From: Candidatus Kaiserbacteria bacterium
Lineage (GTDB): Bacteria; Patescibacteriota; Minisyncoccia; Phycocordibacterales; UBA2100
NCBI GenBank assembly: GCA_016432285.1
Contig: CP066682.1
Location: forward strand, 118,434 to 182,433
DNA: 64,000 nt
Reading direction: 5' to 3'
A program made the translations under genes and the position numbers. Under the pieces are notes generated by a model. It ran no database searches. It worked only from the letters and a program-made list of their open reading frames with translations, and was not told the origin of the DNA. Below are positions 46,950 to 57,185 of the stretch, in pieces; the first letter of the stretch is position 1, and each line of letters begins with the position of its first letter.

Positions 46950-47666
46950 ATGAACAAGCGTATCCTGATGGCCTCTGCGGCCATCCCCGTGTTCGCCGTC
47001 GCGTACGGCGGATCGGTCTCGCTCGATCCGCAGGATGTGCGGATCGCGCTCGTGGGCGATGCGTCGGCACAGGGGATCTGTTGCGGTCCGGGAGGACCGC
47101 CTCCCGGCGGTGGCGGATCGTCAACTCCCGGTGCCACAGAAGGCAAGGGCGGTGGCGGCCACAAGAGCAATGCCGGTACCGGTAAAACCGCAGTCGGTTG
47201 CATCTGGTCGTCGGCGTTCTCAACGTGGAACGGCGCGCGTTGGCAAGGCGCCAGTCTCACCGATCCGCGCAGCATGACTGCCCGCGAATCGGCCGTGAAC
47301 ATGATCAAGGGCTGCGTGGCGACTGCGGTGTTCGCCGGAGCCTGGCTGCCGTATCGCGACAATGATCGTGTGTTGCAGGCGGCACGGCTGGAGACGGTCT
47401 GGGAGAACACCGAGCAAGGCAGAAGCTTCGCGCAAACATGCATGCGTGGTGCGGCCGACGGCTGCAACACGAACGGCAAGCAGGAGCTCTGGGTGGGGCA
47501 GTGGTATGCCTACCACCACAACGCTTTGCCCAAGGGCTTCGCGAAGAAGCTCCAGAAGCAAGGCATTCAAGTTACCGCACGCATGGTGCGGCAGGCCGAG
47601 AAGCCTCTCATTGGCAAGAACGCTGCGGTTACGTTCAACGCCAAGAAGAAGCATAAGCACGGCTGA
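46950..47666 (+). CDS. secreted hypothetical protein (Gly-rich)
   Basis: Signal peptide MNKRILMASAAIPVFAVAYG and a Gly/Pro-rich segment. Confidence 0.45.
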   Translation: MNKRILMASAAIPVFAVAYGGSVSLDPQDVRIALVGDASAQGICCGPGGPPPGGGGSSTPGATEGKGGGGHKSNAGTGKTAVGCIWSSAFSTWNGARWQGASLTDPRSMTARESAVNMIKGCVATAVFAGAWLPYRDNDRVLQAARLETVWENTEQGRSFAQTCMRGAADGCNTNGKQELWVGQWYAYHHNALPKGFAKKLQKQGIQVTARMVRQAEKPLIGKNAAVTFNAKKKHKHG

Positions 47667-47746
47667 CGCTCACCGCGTCGGCAACGAGTCAAACGAGTAC
47701 GGTCCCCGCGGCCCGTACTCGTTTTCTTTTTTGGTATACTGGCAGC

Positions 47747-48493
47747 GTGAAATCCATCGTCGTTGCGAATTGGAAAATGAATCCGCCGACGATGCGCGAG
47801 GCGAAACAACTCTTCGATGCCACGCGAAAGGCCGCCGAGCAGGGCAAAAACTTCCAGCTCGTCGTGGCGCCTCCCGCGATCTTTCTCCGGGAGCTCACGG
47901 CCGCCTACAAGGGCAAGCGAATCTCGTTTGCGACACAGAATGCGCATGCGGAAGCAAAAGGCGCCTTCACGGGCGCCACCTCTTTGGCGCAGGCCAAGGA
48001 CGCGCGCGCCAGCTTCGCCGTGATCGGCCATTCGGAAAAACGCGCGCGCGGCACGAATAATGACGACACGCGCCGGCAGGTCGCAGCGGCCCTCGCGCTG
48101 AAGCTCACACCGATCCTCTGCGTCGGGGAGCAGCAGCGTGATTCCTCCGCCGAGTTTTTCCCGTTCGTGCGAGAGCAGCTGATCGCCGGATTTTCCGACG
48201 TCCCGGCCACGCAGATTGCAAAAGTGATCGTGGCGTACGAGCCTGTGTGGGTGATCGGCGGCGAGAAGACCATGAACCCGCGGCAGATGCACGAGATGGC
48301 GATTTTCATCCGCAAGACGATCGTGGAGCAGTACGGCGAGAAGGGTCACGCGATCAAAATTTTGTACGGCGGCTCGGTCAACGAAGAGAGCACGCGTCCC
48401 ATGCTGGAAGGAGGCGACGTGGCCGGGCTTCTCGTTGGGCACGTGAGCATCGACGCGCCGCGCTTTGCCGCGCTCCTTGCTACCATCGGCTGA
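47747..48493 (+). CDS. tpiA: triosephosphate isomerase
   Basis: VVANWKMN...IGHSEKR...YEPVWVIGG are TIM motifs. Confidence 0.9.
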   Translation: MKSIVVANWKMNPPTMREAKQLFDATRKAAEQGKNFQLVVAPPAIFLRELTAAYKGKRISFATQNAHAEAKGAFTGATSLAQAKDARASFAVIGHSEKRARGTNNDDTRRQVAAALALKLTPILCVGEQQRDSSAEFFPFVREQLIAGFSDVPATQIAKVIVAYEPVWVIGGEKTMNPRQMHEMAIFIRKTIVEQYGEKGHAIKILYGGSVNEESTRPMLEGGDVAGLLVGHVSIDAPRFAALLATIG

Positions 48494-48498
48494 TTCAC

Positions 48499-49626
48499 AT
48501 GAAGTGCATCGACGAAATACCGGCCGCAGATTTGAAGGGGAAGCGCGTGCTGCTGCGCAGCGATTTCAACGTGCCGATCGGGCGGGACGGAGCGGTGGCC
48601 GACACGTACCGCATACAGCAGGGTTGGCAGACGATCAAGTATCTCTCGGAGAAGGGGGCACGAGTCATCGTGATTTCGCACATCGGGAGGGACCCGGAGG
48701 AGACGCTGGAGCCGGTCGCGCAGGCGATCAAGGCCTTCGGGCCGGTCGTATTCATCGCCGACATCGTGGGGCACGCCGCGCGTGGAGCGGTACAGGCCAT
48801 GCGGGATGGCGATGTGCTTCTCTTAGAAAATCTGCGACGCGATCCGCGCGAGAGTGGCAACGACGAGGGCTTCGCCAAGGAGCTCGCCTCACTCGCGGAA
48901 ATCTACGTCGACGACGCCTTCGCAGCTGTGCACCGCGCGCACGCTTCCATCGCGGGCGTGCCAAAATTCTTGCCGTCGTACGCGGGCTTTCTCTTGCGCG
49001 ACGAAGTGCGCGAAGCGGATGCCGCCCGCGCGCCCCTCTCGCCTTCGTTTGCCATGCTCGGCGGCGCGAAGTTTGAAACGAAAGCGCCGCTCATCAAGTT
49101 GCTTTTGGAAAAATATGACCGCGTGTTCATCACGGGCGCGCTTGCCAACGACGTTTTCAGGGCGCGCGGGCTTCCGACCGGCCGTTCCCTGATCTCCAAG
49201 GAGCTGCCCGGCCCCGACGTGTTGCAGCATCCGCACTTTCTTGCGCCCGTCGACGTGACGGTCGAGTTGCCCGACAAATCGGCACGCGTGAAAAAGCCTG
49301 AGGAGGTGGCAGCGGAGGAGAAGATCGTCGACATCGGGCCCGAGACGGTGAAGCTGCTCGCTCCGCACATCGCCGCAGCGAAGTTCGTACTCTGGAACGG
49401 CCCCACTGGGATTTACGAGGATGGCTATATTTCGTACACCAAAGCTATCGCGGAGCTCGCGGGGCAAAGCGGCGCGAAGATCGTCATCGGCGGGGGAGAC
49501 ACGATCGCCGCGATCGAGGCTGCGGGCGTCGATCTCCGGAAAAAGGCCTTTCTCTCTACGGGCGGGGGCGCGATGCTCGAGTATCTCCTCAAAGGTACGC
49601 TTCCAGGCATTGAGGCATTGGGATAA
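48499..49626 (+). CDS. pgk: phosphoglycerate kinase
   Basis: KRVLLRSDFNVPI N-terminal motif and the C-terminal GGGDT nucleotide-binding motif. Confidence 0.9.
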   Translation: MKCIDEIPAADLKGKRVLLRSDFNVPIGRDGAVADTYRIQQGWQTIKYLSEKGARVIVISHIGRDPEETLEPVAQAIKAFGPVVFIADIVGHAARGAVQAMRDGDVLLLENLRRDPRESGNDEGFAKELASLAEIYVDDAFAAVHRAHASIAGVPKFLPSYAGFLLRDEVREADAARAPLSPSFAMLGGAKFETKAPLIKLLLEKYDRVFITGALANDVFRARGLPTGRSLISKELPGPDVLQHPHFLAPVDVTVELPDKSARVKKPEEVAAEEKIVDIGPETVKLLAPHIAAAKFVLWNGPTGIYEDGYISYTKAIAELAGQSGAKIVIGGGDTIAAIEAAGVDLRKKAFLSTGGGAMLEYLLKGTLPGIEALG

Positions 49627-49708
49627 TTTCCTGTAACAAACAATAATGAAGGCCGTCTTCATCCACAGCGGCCCGTGCGCCGCTTTAGAAAAGCGTTACT
49701 TTTAATAC

Positions 49709-50983
49709 ATGAACAAAAAACTGATTGCCGGTATTACGCTCGCGACGTTGTTTTCGGTCGGCGCTCTCTCTGTGAGTCCTGCCTCGGCTCTCACCGTCGA
49801 TGAAATACAAACGCAGATAAAAGAGCTCTTCGCGAAAATCGCCGACCTGCAGAAGCTGCTCGCCTCCACAAACGCCACCTCGACCGCTTCCACCGCTGTT
49901 GCTTCAAGTGTGCAGCATCGCGTGTGCGCGATCCTCAATCGCAATCTTGCGCGGAACACCTCGGGCGACGACGTGATGAGCCTCCAGGAGTTTTTGCGCG
50001 ACGAAGGGTATCTCTCGGCAAACGCGACCGGGTACTTCGGCCCCGCCACGGCAGCAGCGGTGGCGAAGTGGCAGTCGGCCGAGGGAATCTCGGCCGTGGG
50101 CTCTATCGGACCTCTGAGCCGCGAGCGCATTAAAATCTGGTGCGGCGCGAAGAGCGATCTTTCGGCTTCTCCCGCGCGCGGCGCCGCTCCGCTTGCCGTC
50201 GAATTTACCTACCAGCCTCAGGGCGAAGAAGGCCAGTACTACATCGACTTCGGCGATGGCGGCGGACAACTGATGGACACGCGGCAGATCTACTGCATCC
50301 GTGCTCCGTGCGTCTCGCCTGCTGTCGCATCGCACACGTACCGCTCACCCGGCACCTACACGGCGACCGTCTCCCGCTACATCGCGTGTCTGCACACGGA
50401 GCCGCGCTGCCTTCTTGCGGAGCCGCCGCCGCTCGCGCGCGCCAAGGTGGTGGTGCTCGATCCGTCTAGCGCCTCCAACAAACCGCCGGTGGTTTCCGGC
50501 TTCTCCGGCCCCACATCGCTCACCTTAAACGAAACCGGCACGTGGACGATCACCGCATCCGATCCTGAAAACGGGCCGCTCTCGTACGCGATTTCCTGGG
50601 GCGATGAGTGGCAGGACAAGGGCGCGACGCGCGTATCAAGCGCGGCGTCGTCGATCCAGCAAGAAACCACCTTCACGCACAGCTACGCGCGTGCCGGCTC
50701 CTACCGTGTAACGGTCGTTGTAACGGACAGCGCAGGCAAAGAGGCAAAAACGAGCTCAAGCGTGCAGGTCTCCAATTCGCAGGTCGCGTGCACACTTGAA
50801 TACAATCCGGTCTGCGGCCGTCCGCCAGGCTGCACCAATACCTGCCCGCCGGGACAATTCTGCACCGCGATCTGTCGCCTGCCGGACCCGGTTACCTACG
50901 GCAATCGCTGCCAGTTGAACGCGGCCAACGCGGAGTTCCTCTACGCAGGCGCCTGCGCTCCGGCACAGAGTTCGTCAAACTAA
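49709..50983 (+). CDS. secreted protein with peptidoglycan-binding-like domain and Cys-rich C-terminus
   Basis: Signal peptide. SLQEFLRDEGYLSANATGYFGPATAAAVAKWQ resembles PG_binding_1. Cys-rich C-terminal region. Confidence 0.5.
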   Translation: MNKKLIAGITLATLFSVGALSVSPASALTVDEIQTQIKELFAKIADLQKLLASTNATSTASTAVASSVQHRVCAILNRNLARNTSGDDVMSLQEFLRDEGYLSANATGYFGPATAAAVAKWQSAEGISAVGSIGPLSRERIKIWCGAKSDLSASPARGAAPLAVEFTYQPQGEEGQYYIDFGDGGGQLMDTRQIYCIRAPCVSPAVASHTYRSPGTYTATVSRYIACLHTEPRCLLAEPPPLARAKVVVLDPSSASNKPPVVSGFSGPTSLTLNETGTWTITASDPENGPLSYAISWGDEWQDKGATRVSSAASSIQQETTFTHSYARAGSYRVTVVVTDSAGKEAKTSSSVQVSNSQVACTLEYNPVCGRPPGCTNTCPPGQFCTAICRLPDPVTYGNRCQLNAANAEFLYAGACAPAQSSSN

Positions 50984-51390
50984 CGAAGCGCGCCGACGAT
51001 CTTTCGCTGCGACTCCTCAGCTTCGCTCGCTTCGTATGAGCGCTGCGGCATGAGCTTCAGGCCGTCGCCCTTGAATCGCGGAATGATGTGCACGTGCGGA
51101 TGCGGTACCACCTGCCCGGCGTGTTCGCGGTTGTTCATCGCGATATTGACGCCGTCGGCCTCCATCCCTTTTTCAATCGCGATCGCGAGCAGTCGCACCG
51201 TCTCCGAAACAGCGGCCCAGTCCTCCGGAGCGATGTCAAAGATATTGTGCGAGTGCTTTTTGGGAGCGACGAGCGTGTGCCCGGCGTTGACGGGGTGGAT
51301 GTCGAGGAAGGCGATCGTCCGCTCGTCTTCGTAGACCGTAAATGAAGGAAGTTCTCCTCGGATGATTTTGCAAAAGAGGCAATCGCTCAT
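50980..51390 (-). CDS. HIT-family hydrolase
   Basis: Histidine triad VVPHPHVHIIPR. The start codon overlaps the recJ start on the opposite strand (cATg). Confidence 0.8.
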   Translation of the reverse strand: MSDCLFCKIIRGELPSFTVYEDERTIAFLDIHPVNAGHTLVAPKKHSHNIFDIAPEDWAAVSETVRLLAIAIEKGMEADGVNIAMNNREHAGQVVPHPHVHIIPRFKGDGLKLMPQRSYEASEAEESQRKIVGALR

Positions 51391-53131
51391 GGAGGCAGTA
51401 TACAATGGGGCGATGGAAGTTTCCGAGTTTCTACGCACGCTTCTTTCGAAACGCGGCATTGATGAGGAGCATCGCATCGCGGAATTTCTCAATCCTGATT
51501 ACGATCTCCACCTCCACTCACCCTTTACGATCTTCGACATGGAGCGCGCGGTCACGCGGCTCTTGCTCGCGATCCAGCAGAACGAGCGCATCGCCGTATA
51601 TGCCGACTTCGACTGCGACGGCATTCCCGGGGCCGCGGTGCTCTCGGATTTTTTTACGAAAATCGGGCACGAAAATTTTGAAGTGTACCTCCCACACCGC
51701 GACCGAGAGGGGTACGGCTTTCACGCGGAGGCGCTCGCGGCGCTCGCGGCGCGCGGTGTTTCGCTCATCATCACCGTCGACGTCGGCACCAACGCCGCGG
51801 CGGAAGTGGAAGTCGCAAAAAAGCTGGGTGTCGACGTGATCGTTACCGATCACCACGAGGTTACCGGCGTGCTGCCGGACTGTGTCGCCGTTTTGAATCC
51901 AAAGCTCGGCGAGTACCCCTTCCGCGACCTGTGCGGGGCGGCGGTCGCGTGGAAGCTCGTGCAGGCAGCGCTTGTCGAGGGGCGGCAGCGGGGCATTCCT
52001 TCCTTTACGCAGGTGGCCGACGGCTGGGAGAAGTGGCTTTTGGATCTCGTGGCGATCGCGACGGTCGCCGATCTCGTACCGCTTGTCGGCGAGAATCGCG
52101 TACTCGCGCACTGGGGTCTCCGGGTGCTGCGCAAGTCCCCCCGGCTCGGCCTCCAGGCACTCTGCAACAGCGCCCGCGTGAAGCGAGCGGATATTTTGGA
52201 AGACGACATCGCCTTTTCGATCGCGCCGCGCATCAACGCCGCCTCGCGCATGGACGAGCCCGACGCCGCTTTCCGGCTCCTCACCACGCGCAAGCGGGAT
52301 GAGGCGGAAAAAATCGCTGCGCATCTTGAGGATTTGAACGCGAAACGGAAGGGAATCGTGGCCGGCATCGTGCGGCAGGCGAAAAAAAGCGTGAAGCAGC
52401 GTTTTTCCGAGAACGATCAGGTGATAGTGGTTGGAAACCCGGAGTGGAAGCCCGCACTTTTGGGCCTTGCCGCCAATTCCATCATGGAGGAGCGGGGTGG
52501 GCTCGTGTGCGTGTGGGGGCGCGACGCAAAGGGTCGCATCAAGGGCTCGTGCCGCTCCGACGGCAGCGTCTCAGTCGTCGACTGTTTTGCGGCCGCGGAC
52601 GAGGCGTTCGTCGAGTACGGAGGGCATCGCCAGAGCGGCGGCTTTACCTTGCGAGAGGGAAGCGTGCACACGCTGCCGGAGACTCTCGCGAAAGCGGCGG
52701 CGGATTCGGGCGCCGTTGCAATCGAACCGAAATCCTTTGCGGCCGACGCGATCCTCGCGCTCTCGGAAATCTCGTGGTCGCTCTACGAAGATCTTTCGCG
52801 CATGGGGCCCTTTGGCATCGGCAATCAAAAGCCGATTTTTCTCGTCGCCGACGGGATCGTGACGGAAGTCCGGCGTTTCGGCAAGGAGAAAAATCATGTG
52901 GAGCTCATGCTGGAGTGCCGCAAGACAGGCTCGCGGGCGCGGGCGTTCCAATTTTTCCGCTCGCCGGAGCAGTTTACGCTGCCGCCCACGCAAGGACTCC
53001 CAGTGGGAGTAACGGCGAGCCTCGAGCGCGATTCGTACCGTGGCGGACTCACCCTGCGGCTCGTCGACGTGCTTCAATCAAACGCAATACACAGTGAGGA
53101 GGCGCAAGAGCGCGCCGGCATGGTAGGCTAA
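51389..53131 (+). CDS. recJ: single-stranded-DNA-specific exonuclease RecJ
   Basis: DHH motifs (ADFDCDGI, VTDHH) and DHHA1 (GGGH-like GGHRQSGG). Confidence 0.85.
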   Translation: MEAVYNGAMEVSEFLRTLLSKRGIDEEHRIAEFLNPDYDLHLHSPFTIFDMERAVTRLLLAIQQNERIAVYADFDCDGIPGAAVLSDFFTKIGHENFEVYLPHRDREGYGFHAEALAALAARGVSLIITVDVGTNAAAEVEVAKKLGVDVIVTDHHEVTGVLPDCVAVLNPKLGEYPFRDLCGAAVAWKLVQAALVEGRQRGIPSFTQVADGWEKWLLDLVAIATVADLVPLVGENRVLAHWGLRVLRKSPRLGLQALCNSARVKRADILEDDIAFSIAPRINAASRMDEPDAAFRLLTTRKRDEAEKIAAHLEDLNAKRKGIVAGIVRQAKKSVKQRFSENDQVIVVGNPEWKPALLGLAANSIMEERGGLVCVWGRDAKGRIKGSCRSDGSVSVVDCFAAADEAFVEYGGHRQSGGFTLREGSVHTLPETLAKAAADSGAVAIEPKSFAADAILALSEISWSLYEDLSRMGPFGIGNQKPIFLVADGIVTEVRRFGKEKNHVELMLECRKTGSRARAFQFFRSPEQFTLPPTQGLPVGVTASLERDSYRGGLTLRLVDVLQSNAIHSEEAQERAGMVG

Positions 53132-53136
53132 GTTTC

Positions 53137-53766
53137 ATGCAGGGCTTCAGGAACACCGAAGCGATCAAGACAGCGTGGGAGATTTTCAAAAAGAAGCCGT
53201 GGGTGCTCGCGGGCGGACTCCTTCTCACCACAGTCATCAGCTGGCTCCTCGGCGCCTTCGGAGAGCAGATGCGGGGAGATCCGACCGCGTCGCTCTTTTT
53301 CACGCTTGTGAGCTTCGTGGTCAATCTTTTCATCGGCATGGGGATGACCGCGTTTTTCATCAAGGCGCACGATTCTATTGAAAGTGTTTCGATCAACGAC
53401 CTCTGGCACCCGGCGGACTTTTGGAAATATCTTGGCGCCGCCGTCTTGTACGGACTCATGGCGGCCGTGGGCTTCGTGCTCCTCATCATCCCCGGAGTCA
53501 TCGTCGTGCTCACATTCCAGTTTGCGCAGTATTTCGTCATCGACAAAGGCCTCGGCCCGATTGAGGCGCTGAAAGAAAGCGCGCGCATCACCAAGGGGCA
53601 CAAGTGGGAGCTCCTCGGGCTCTTCGCCTTCATCCTCGGTATCAACATCCTCGGCTTTCTCGCGCTCGTCGTGGGGCTCCTCGTATCGGTGCCGGTGACG
53701 GCGCTTTCCATCGTCTACGCCTACCGCACGCTCGAGAAGCTCGCCGCTTCTGCTGCGTCGGCATGA
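53137..53766 (+). CDS. multi-pass membrane protein, hypothetical
   Basis: 209 aa with four or more hydrophobic helices. Confidence 0.5.
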   Translation: MQGFRNTEAIKTAWEIFKKKPWVLAGGLLLTTVISWLLGAFGEQMRGDPTASLFFTLVSFVVNLFIGMGMTAFFIKAHDSIESVSINDLWHPADFWKYLGAAVLYGLMAAVGFVLLIIPGVIVVLTFQFAQYFVIDKGLGPIEALKESARITKGHKWELLGLFAFILGINILGFLALVVGLLVSVPVTALSIVYAYRTLEKLAASAASA

Positions 53767-54599
53767 GCGATCTCGCGCGTCCGATCGCCATTCTTTTTGC
53801 AGGCGCAGGGATCGCCTTCCTTTTTTTCATGGGCGGCGTCCAGTGGTACGGCAACTGGTATCAGCGCTGGAGCACGATGCTGCCCCCGATTTCGGATGGC
53901 CTTTGTTCGATCGCCGTCATACCGATCCAGGGAGAGATCGTGCCGTACGACGGCTTTTACGACGAAACAGAATACTCCGCCGTTGCTACCTCGGGCGATT
54001 TTGTGGAGCGCTACCTCAAAGAGGCCGAGGCCGATCCGAATATCTTCGGTGTCGTCGTCGAGATCGACTCCGGCGGCGGGTACGGCGCCGCATCGATGCA
54101 GATAATGAACGCCATCAAAAATGTGTCGATCCCGGTCGTCGCCTACGTGCGGGAGGTCGGCGCCTCCGGCGCGTACCTCGCCGCCACCGCGGCGGATTCG
54201 ATCATCGCGTCTCCTTTCGCGACGGTGGGCTCGATCGGCGTCACCTATTCCTACGTCGACAACGTGCAGAAAAACAAAAACGAGGGACTGAATTTCGTCG
54301 AGCTCGCCTCGGGCCCTTATAAAGACACCGGCAATCCCAACAAGCCCCTGAGCGAAGCGGAGCGCAGGCTCTTCGAGCGCGATCTTGAGATTTTTGCCGA
54401 CGTCTTCATCGAAGCGGTCGCGCGCAATCGCGCGCTTGCCGAGGGCGAGGTGCGTGCCATGGCCGACGGCTCCGCCATGCCTGCATCGCTCGCGCTTGAG
54501 CAAAAGCTCATCGACGCCGTCGGCTCCGAAGACGAGGTGCGTGCGTGGTTTGCGGCTTCACTCGAGCGTGACCTTGAGAGCATCATTTTGTGCAAATAA
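53763..54599 (+). CDS. sppA: signal peptide peptidase SppA (S49)
   Basis: IPVVAYVREVGASGAYLAATAADSIIASPFATVGSIGV is the S49/ClpP-fold signature. Start overlaps the previous stop (ATGA). Confidence 0.75.
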   Translation: MSDLARPIAILFAGAGIAFLFFMGGVQWYGNWYQRWSTMLPPISDGLCSIAVIPIQGEIVPYDGFYDETEYSAVATSGDFVERYLKEAEADPNIFGVVVEIDSGGGYGAASMQIMNAIKNVSIPVVAYVREVGASGAYLAATAADSIIASPFATVGSIGVTYSYVDNVQKNKNEGLNFVELASGPYKDTGNPNKPLSEAERRLFERDLEIFADVFIEAVARNRALAEGEVRAMADGSAMPASLALEQKLIDAVGSEDEVRAWFAASLERDLESIILCK

Positions 54600-54601
54600 T
54601 C

Positions 54602-55018
54602 ATGGCAGAGATCGTCATCTACACCGACGGCGGGGCGCGGGGAAACCCGGGGAAGGCGGGCGCAGGCGCGCTCTTGATCGACGGCGCGAAAAAAATTGAG
54701 ATCAAAAAATATCTCGGCGATGGGCGCACGAACAACTGGGCCGAGTATGAGGCAGTGATCCTCGCGCTCACCGAGGCGAAAAAACGCGGTCTCTCGGAGC
54801 GCGAGATCGAGGTGCGTATGGACAGCGAGCTGATTCAGCGGCAGCTCACCGATGTGTACCAGATCAAAGAGGAGACGCTCTGGCCGCAGTACATGAAAGT
54901 ACACAACCTGATCGTGGCCCATTTCCCGCGGATCTCCTTCGTGCATGTGCCGCGTGCCGAGAACGCGGAAGCCGACCGGCTCGTCAACGAGGCGATCGAC
55001 GAAGCCGCGCAAGCGTGA
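54602..55018 (+). CDS. rnhA: ribonuclease HI
   Basis: IYTDGGARGNPG...NNWAEYEAVILAL...HVPRAENAEADRLV contains the RNase H DEDD residues. Confidence 0.85.
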   Translation: MAEIVIYTDGGARGNPGKAGAGALLIDGAKKIEIKKYLGDGRTNNWAEYEAVILALTEAKKRGLSEREIEVRMDSELIQRQLTDVYQIKEETLWPQYMKVHNLIVAHFPRISFVHVPRAENAEADRLVNEAIDEAAQA

Positions 55019-55036
55019 TGCGGGTATAATCCTCGT

Positions 55037-55420
55037 ATGACAGATGATCTCAAGGTGATACAAACGCAGACGCCCGAAAATGTGCCGCCCCGCCAACCGA
55101 CGATCCTCGCGGCGCCCGAACGCGCGTTTGCCGGATTCGTGCAGTTCATCAGGGAGCGCGGCGTCATGGGGCTCGCAATCGGTTTCGTGCTCGGCTCCTC
55201 GGTGCAGAAGGTCGTCACGGCGCTCGTTACCGACATCATCAACCCGCTGATCGGGCTCCTCACGGGGGAGGGCGACAAAAACTTTTCGCAATTCACCGTC
55301 GGCCCCTTCCTCGTAGGCGATTTTATTTCGGTACTCATCGATTTTTTGATTCTCGCTGCGGTCGTCTACTTCGTGTTCAAGAGCTTGAAGCTCGAACAGC
55401 TCGATAAGCCGAAAGAATGA
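55037..55420 (+). CDS. mscL: large-conductance mechanosensitive channel
   Basis: FIRERGVMGLAIGFVLGSSVQKVVTALVTDIINPLIG is the MscL signature. Confidence 0.85.
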   Translation: MTDDLKVIQTQTPENVPPRQPTILAAPERAFAGFVQFIRERGVMGLAIGFVLGSSVQKVVTALVTDIINPLIGLLTGEGDKNFSQFTVGPFLVGDFISVLIDFLILAAVVYFVFKSLKLEQLDKPKE

Positions 55421-56928
55421 GCGCCCGAGTGCTCTACGGGCTCTCCGGCGGTTTTCTCTTTGGTGTTTTTGTCGGCAGTTTCGACGCAGACCTGGCGCTC
55501 GCTGCGTTCCTTCTTGTGCTTGCCGCGGCCGCATTCGCGGTCGCGCGTTTCGGGGCGCTCCGGCACGAAGCGGCCGTGCTCGCGTGCGTGGTCCTCGTCG
55601 CCATGGCGGGCGGCGTGGTGCGTGTGGGCGCGGCCGCGGAGCCCCCTGATCCACAACTTTCCGAGGCAGTCGGATCGCGCGTAACGGTTGAGGGTGTCGT
55701 GTTTGCCGAGCCGGACATGCGCGAAAGCAGTATCCGCCTCTACGTGCAAACCGACACGCTGGTATATCAAAGTGCGACGACGAGCATCGAAACTGGCATT
55801 CTCGTGATCGCTCCCCTTGGGAGCGATGTGTCGTATGGCGATCGCGTACGAGCCGGTGGGAAGCTCACGTTGCCCGAAGTCTTTGATGCGGGCGCGGGAC
55901 GAGAGTTCGACTATCCGATGTATCTCAAGAAGGACGGTATCACGCATGAACTCAGCTTTGCGGAGGTGGAGAAAATCGGAGCGGGCGGCCGGAATCCTCT
56001 GAAGGCGGCGGCGATCTTCCTGAAGCGCGTCTATCTTGACGGTCTCCACGCTGCTTTGCCGGAGCCACAGGCGGGGCTCGCTGCGGGCATTACCGTGGGC
56101 GACAAGCGCGGCGTCGGGCCAGAGCTTTCCGACACTTTCCGCGCAGTGGGCCTCACGCACATCATCGTGCTCTCCGGATACAACATCATGATTGTGATCG
56201 ACTATCTTTCTCGCGCGCTTGCGCGATTCGCGCTCCCGCGCTTTGTGCACCTTAGCCTCAGCATCTTCACCGCATTTCTCTTTTCGGCATTTACGGGTTT
56301 CGCGTCGGCCTCGGTGCGCGCCGGTTCGATGGCGGGGATCGCAGTCGCAGCTCGCATGGCGGGCCGTCTCTACATCGCGTCGCGCGCGCTCGCGGTGGTG
56401 GCCGCGCTTATGGTGCTGTGGAATCCGCTCGTGCTTCGGTACGACCCGGGCTTCCAGCTCTCCGCTCTCGCCACGTTCGGCCTCGTTTTTTTCACGCCGA
56501 TCATGATCAGGAAACTCTCGTTCCTCACCTATCGATTCGGCGTGCGGGAAATCGCCGCCACCACCCTCGCCACGCAAATCACGGTGCTTCCGCTTCTCCT
56601 TTTTGAAAACGGGCAGCTTCCGGTGTACTCTCTTTTCGCGAATCTTTTCGCGCTCATTGCGGTGCCGCTCGCCATGCTCTTTTCGGCGATGACGGCGCTT
56701 GCGGGGCTCCTCTTTGGCGGCTTCGCCGCTTTTGTCGGGCTCCCCGCGTATGCGCTCCTCTCGTACATCGTCGGCATCGCGCAGTTTTTCGCATCGCTCC
56801 CCTTTGCATCCATCACGTTGCCTGCTTTCAGTCCGGTGTGGCTTGTTCTCATCTACGGGGGAGTGATACTATTCGTACTGAAATATGGACGAACTCAAAC
56901 CGAAGAAGGAGAGAAAGCTCATGGATGA
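55417..56928 (+). CDS. comEC: ComEC/Rec2 competence membrane channel (membrane domain only)
   Basis: DUF4131-like N-terminus and the Competence domain (multi-TM). No C-terminal MBL domain in this ORF. Confidence 0.8.
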   Translation: MSARVLYGLSGGFLFGVFVGSFDADLALAAFLLVLAAAAFAVARFGALRHEAAVLACVVLVAMAGGVVRVGAAAEPPDPQLSEAVGSRVTVEGVVFAEPDMRESSIRLYVQTDTLVYQSATTSIETGILVIAPLGSDVSYGDRVRAGGKLTLPEVFDAGAGREFDYPMYLKKDGITHELSFAEVEKIGAGGRNPLKAAAIFLKRVYLDGLHAALPEPQAGLAAGITVGDKRGVGPELSDTFRAVGLTHIIVLSGYNIMIVIDYLSRALARFALPRFVHLSLSIFTAFLFSAFTGFASASVRAGSMAGIAVAARMAGRLYIASRALAVVAALMVLWNPLVLRYDPGFQLSALATFGLVFFTPIMIRKLSFLTYRFGVREIAATTLATQITVLPLLLFENGQLPVYSLFANLFALIAVPLAMLFSAMTALAGLLFGGFAAFVGLPAYALLSYIVGIAQFFASLPFASITLPAFSPVWLVLIYGGVILFVLKYGRTQTEEGEKAHG

Positions 56929-57136
56929 GACGACCGCAGAGGAGCTGCGAGCAGAGGCGACTGCAAAGCATCCCATCGCGGGAACCAAAAACTTCCGTGA
57001 TGTGGACGATCGCAAAGTTGACCACGCCTTTATGAAGCCGCAATCGCTTCTCGCTCACGACAACCTCGAAGCTGATACCGAAGTCGACAAGGACTCGGCC
57101 GAACAGGGGCGGAGCGCAGACGGCAGCTTCCGGTAA
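56921..57136 (+). CDS. small acidic hypothetical protein
   Basis: Start overlaps the comEC stop (ATGGATGA). No motif. Confidence 0.2.
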   Translation: MDETTAEELRAEATAKHPIAGTKNFRDVDDRKVDHAFMKPQSLLAHDNLEADTEVDKDSAEQGRSADGSFR

Positions 57137-57185
57137 GGGATCGAAATGAATTGAAAAAGGCGCGGCCCGCGAGCCGCGCTTTTTG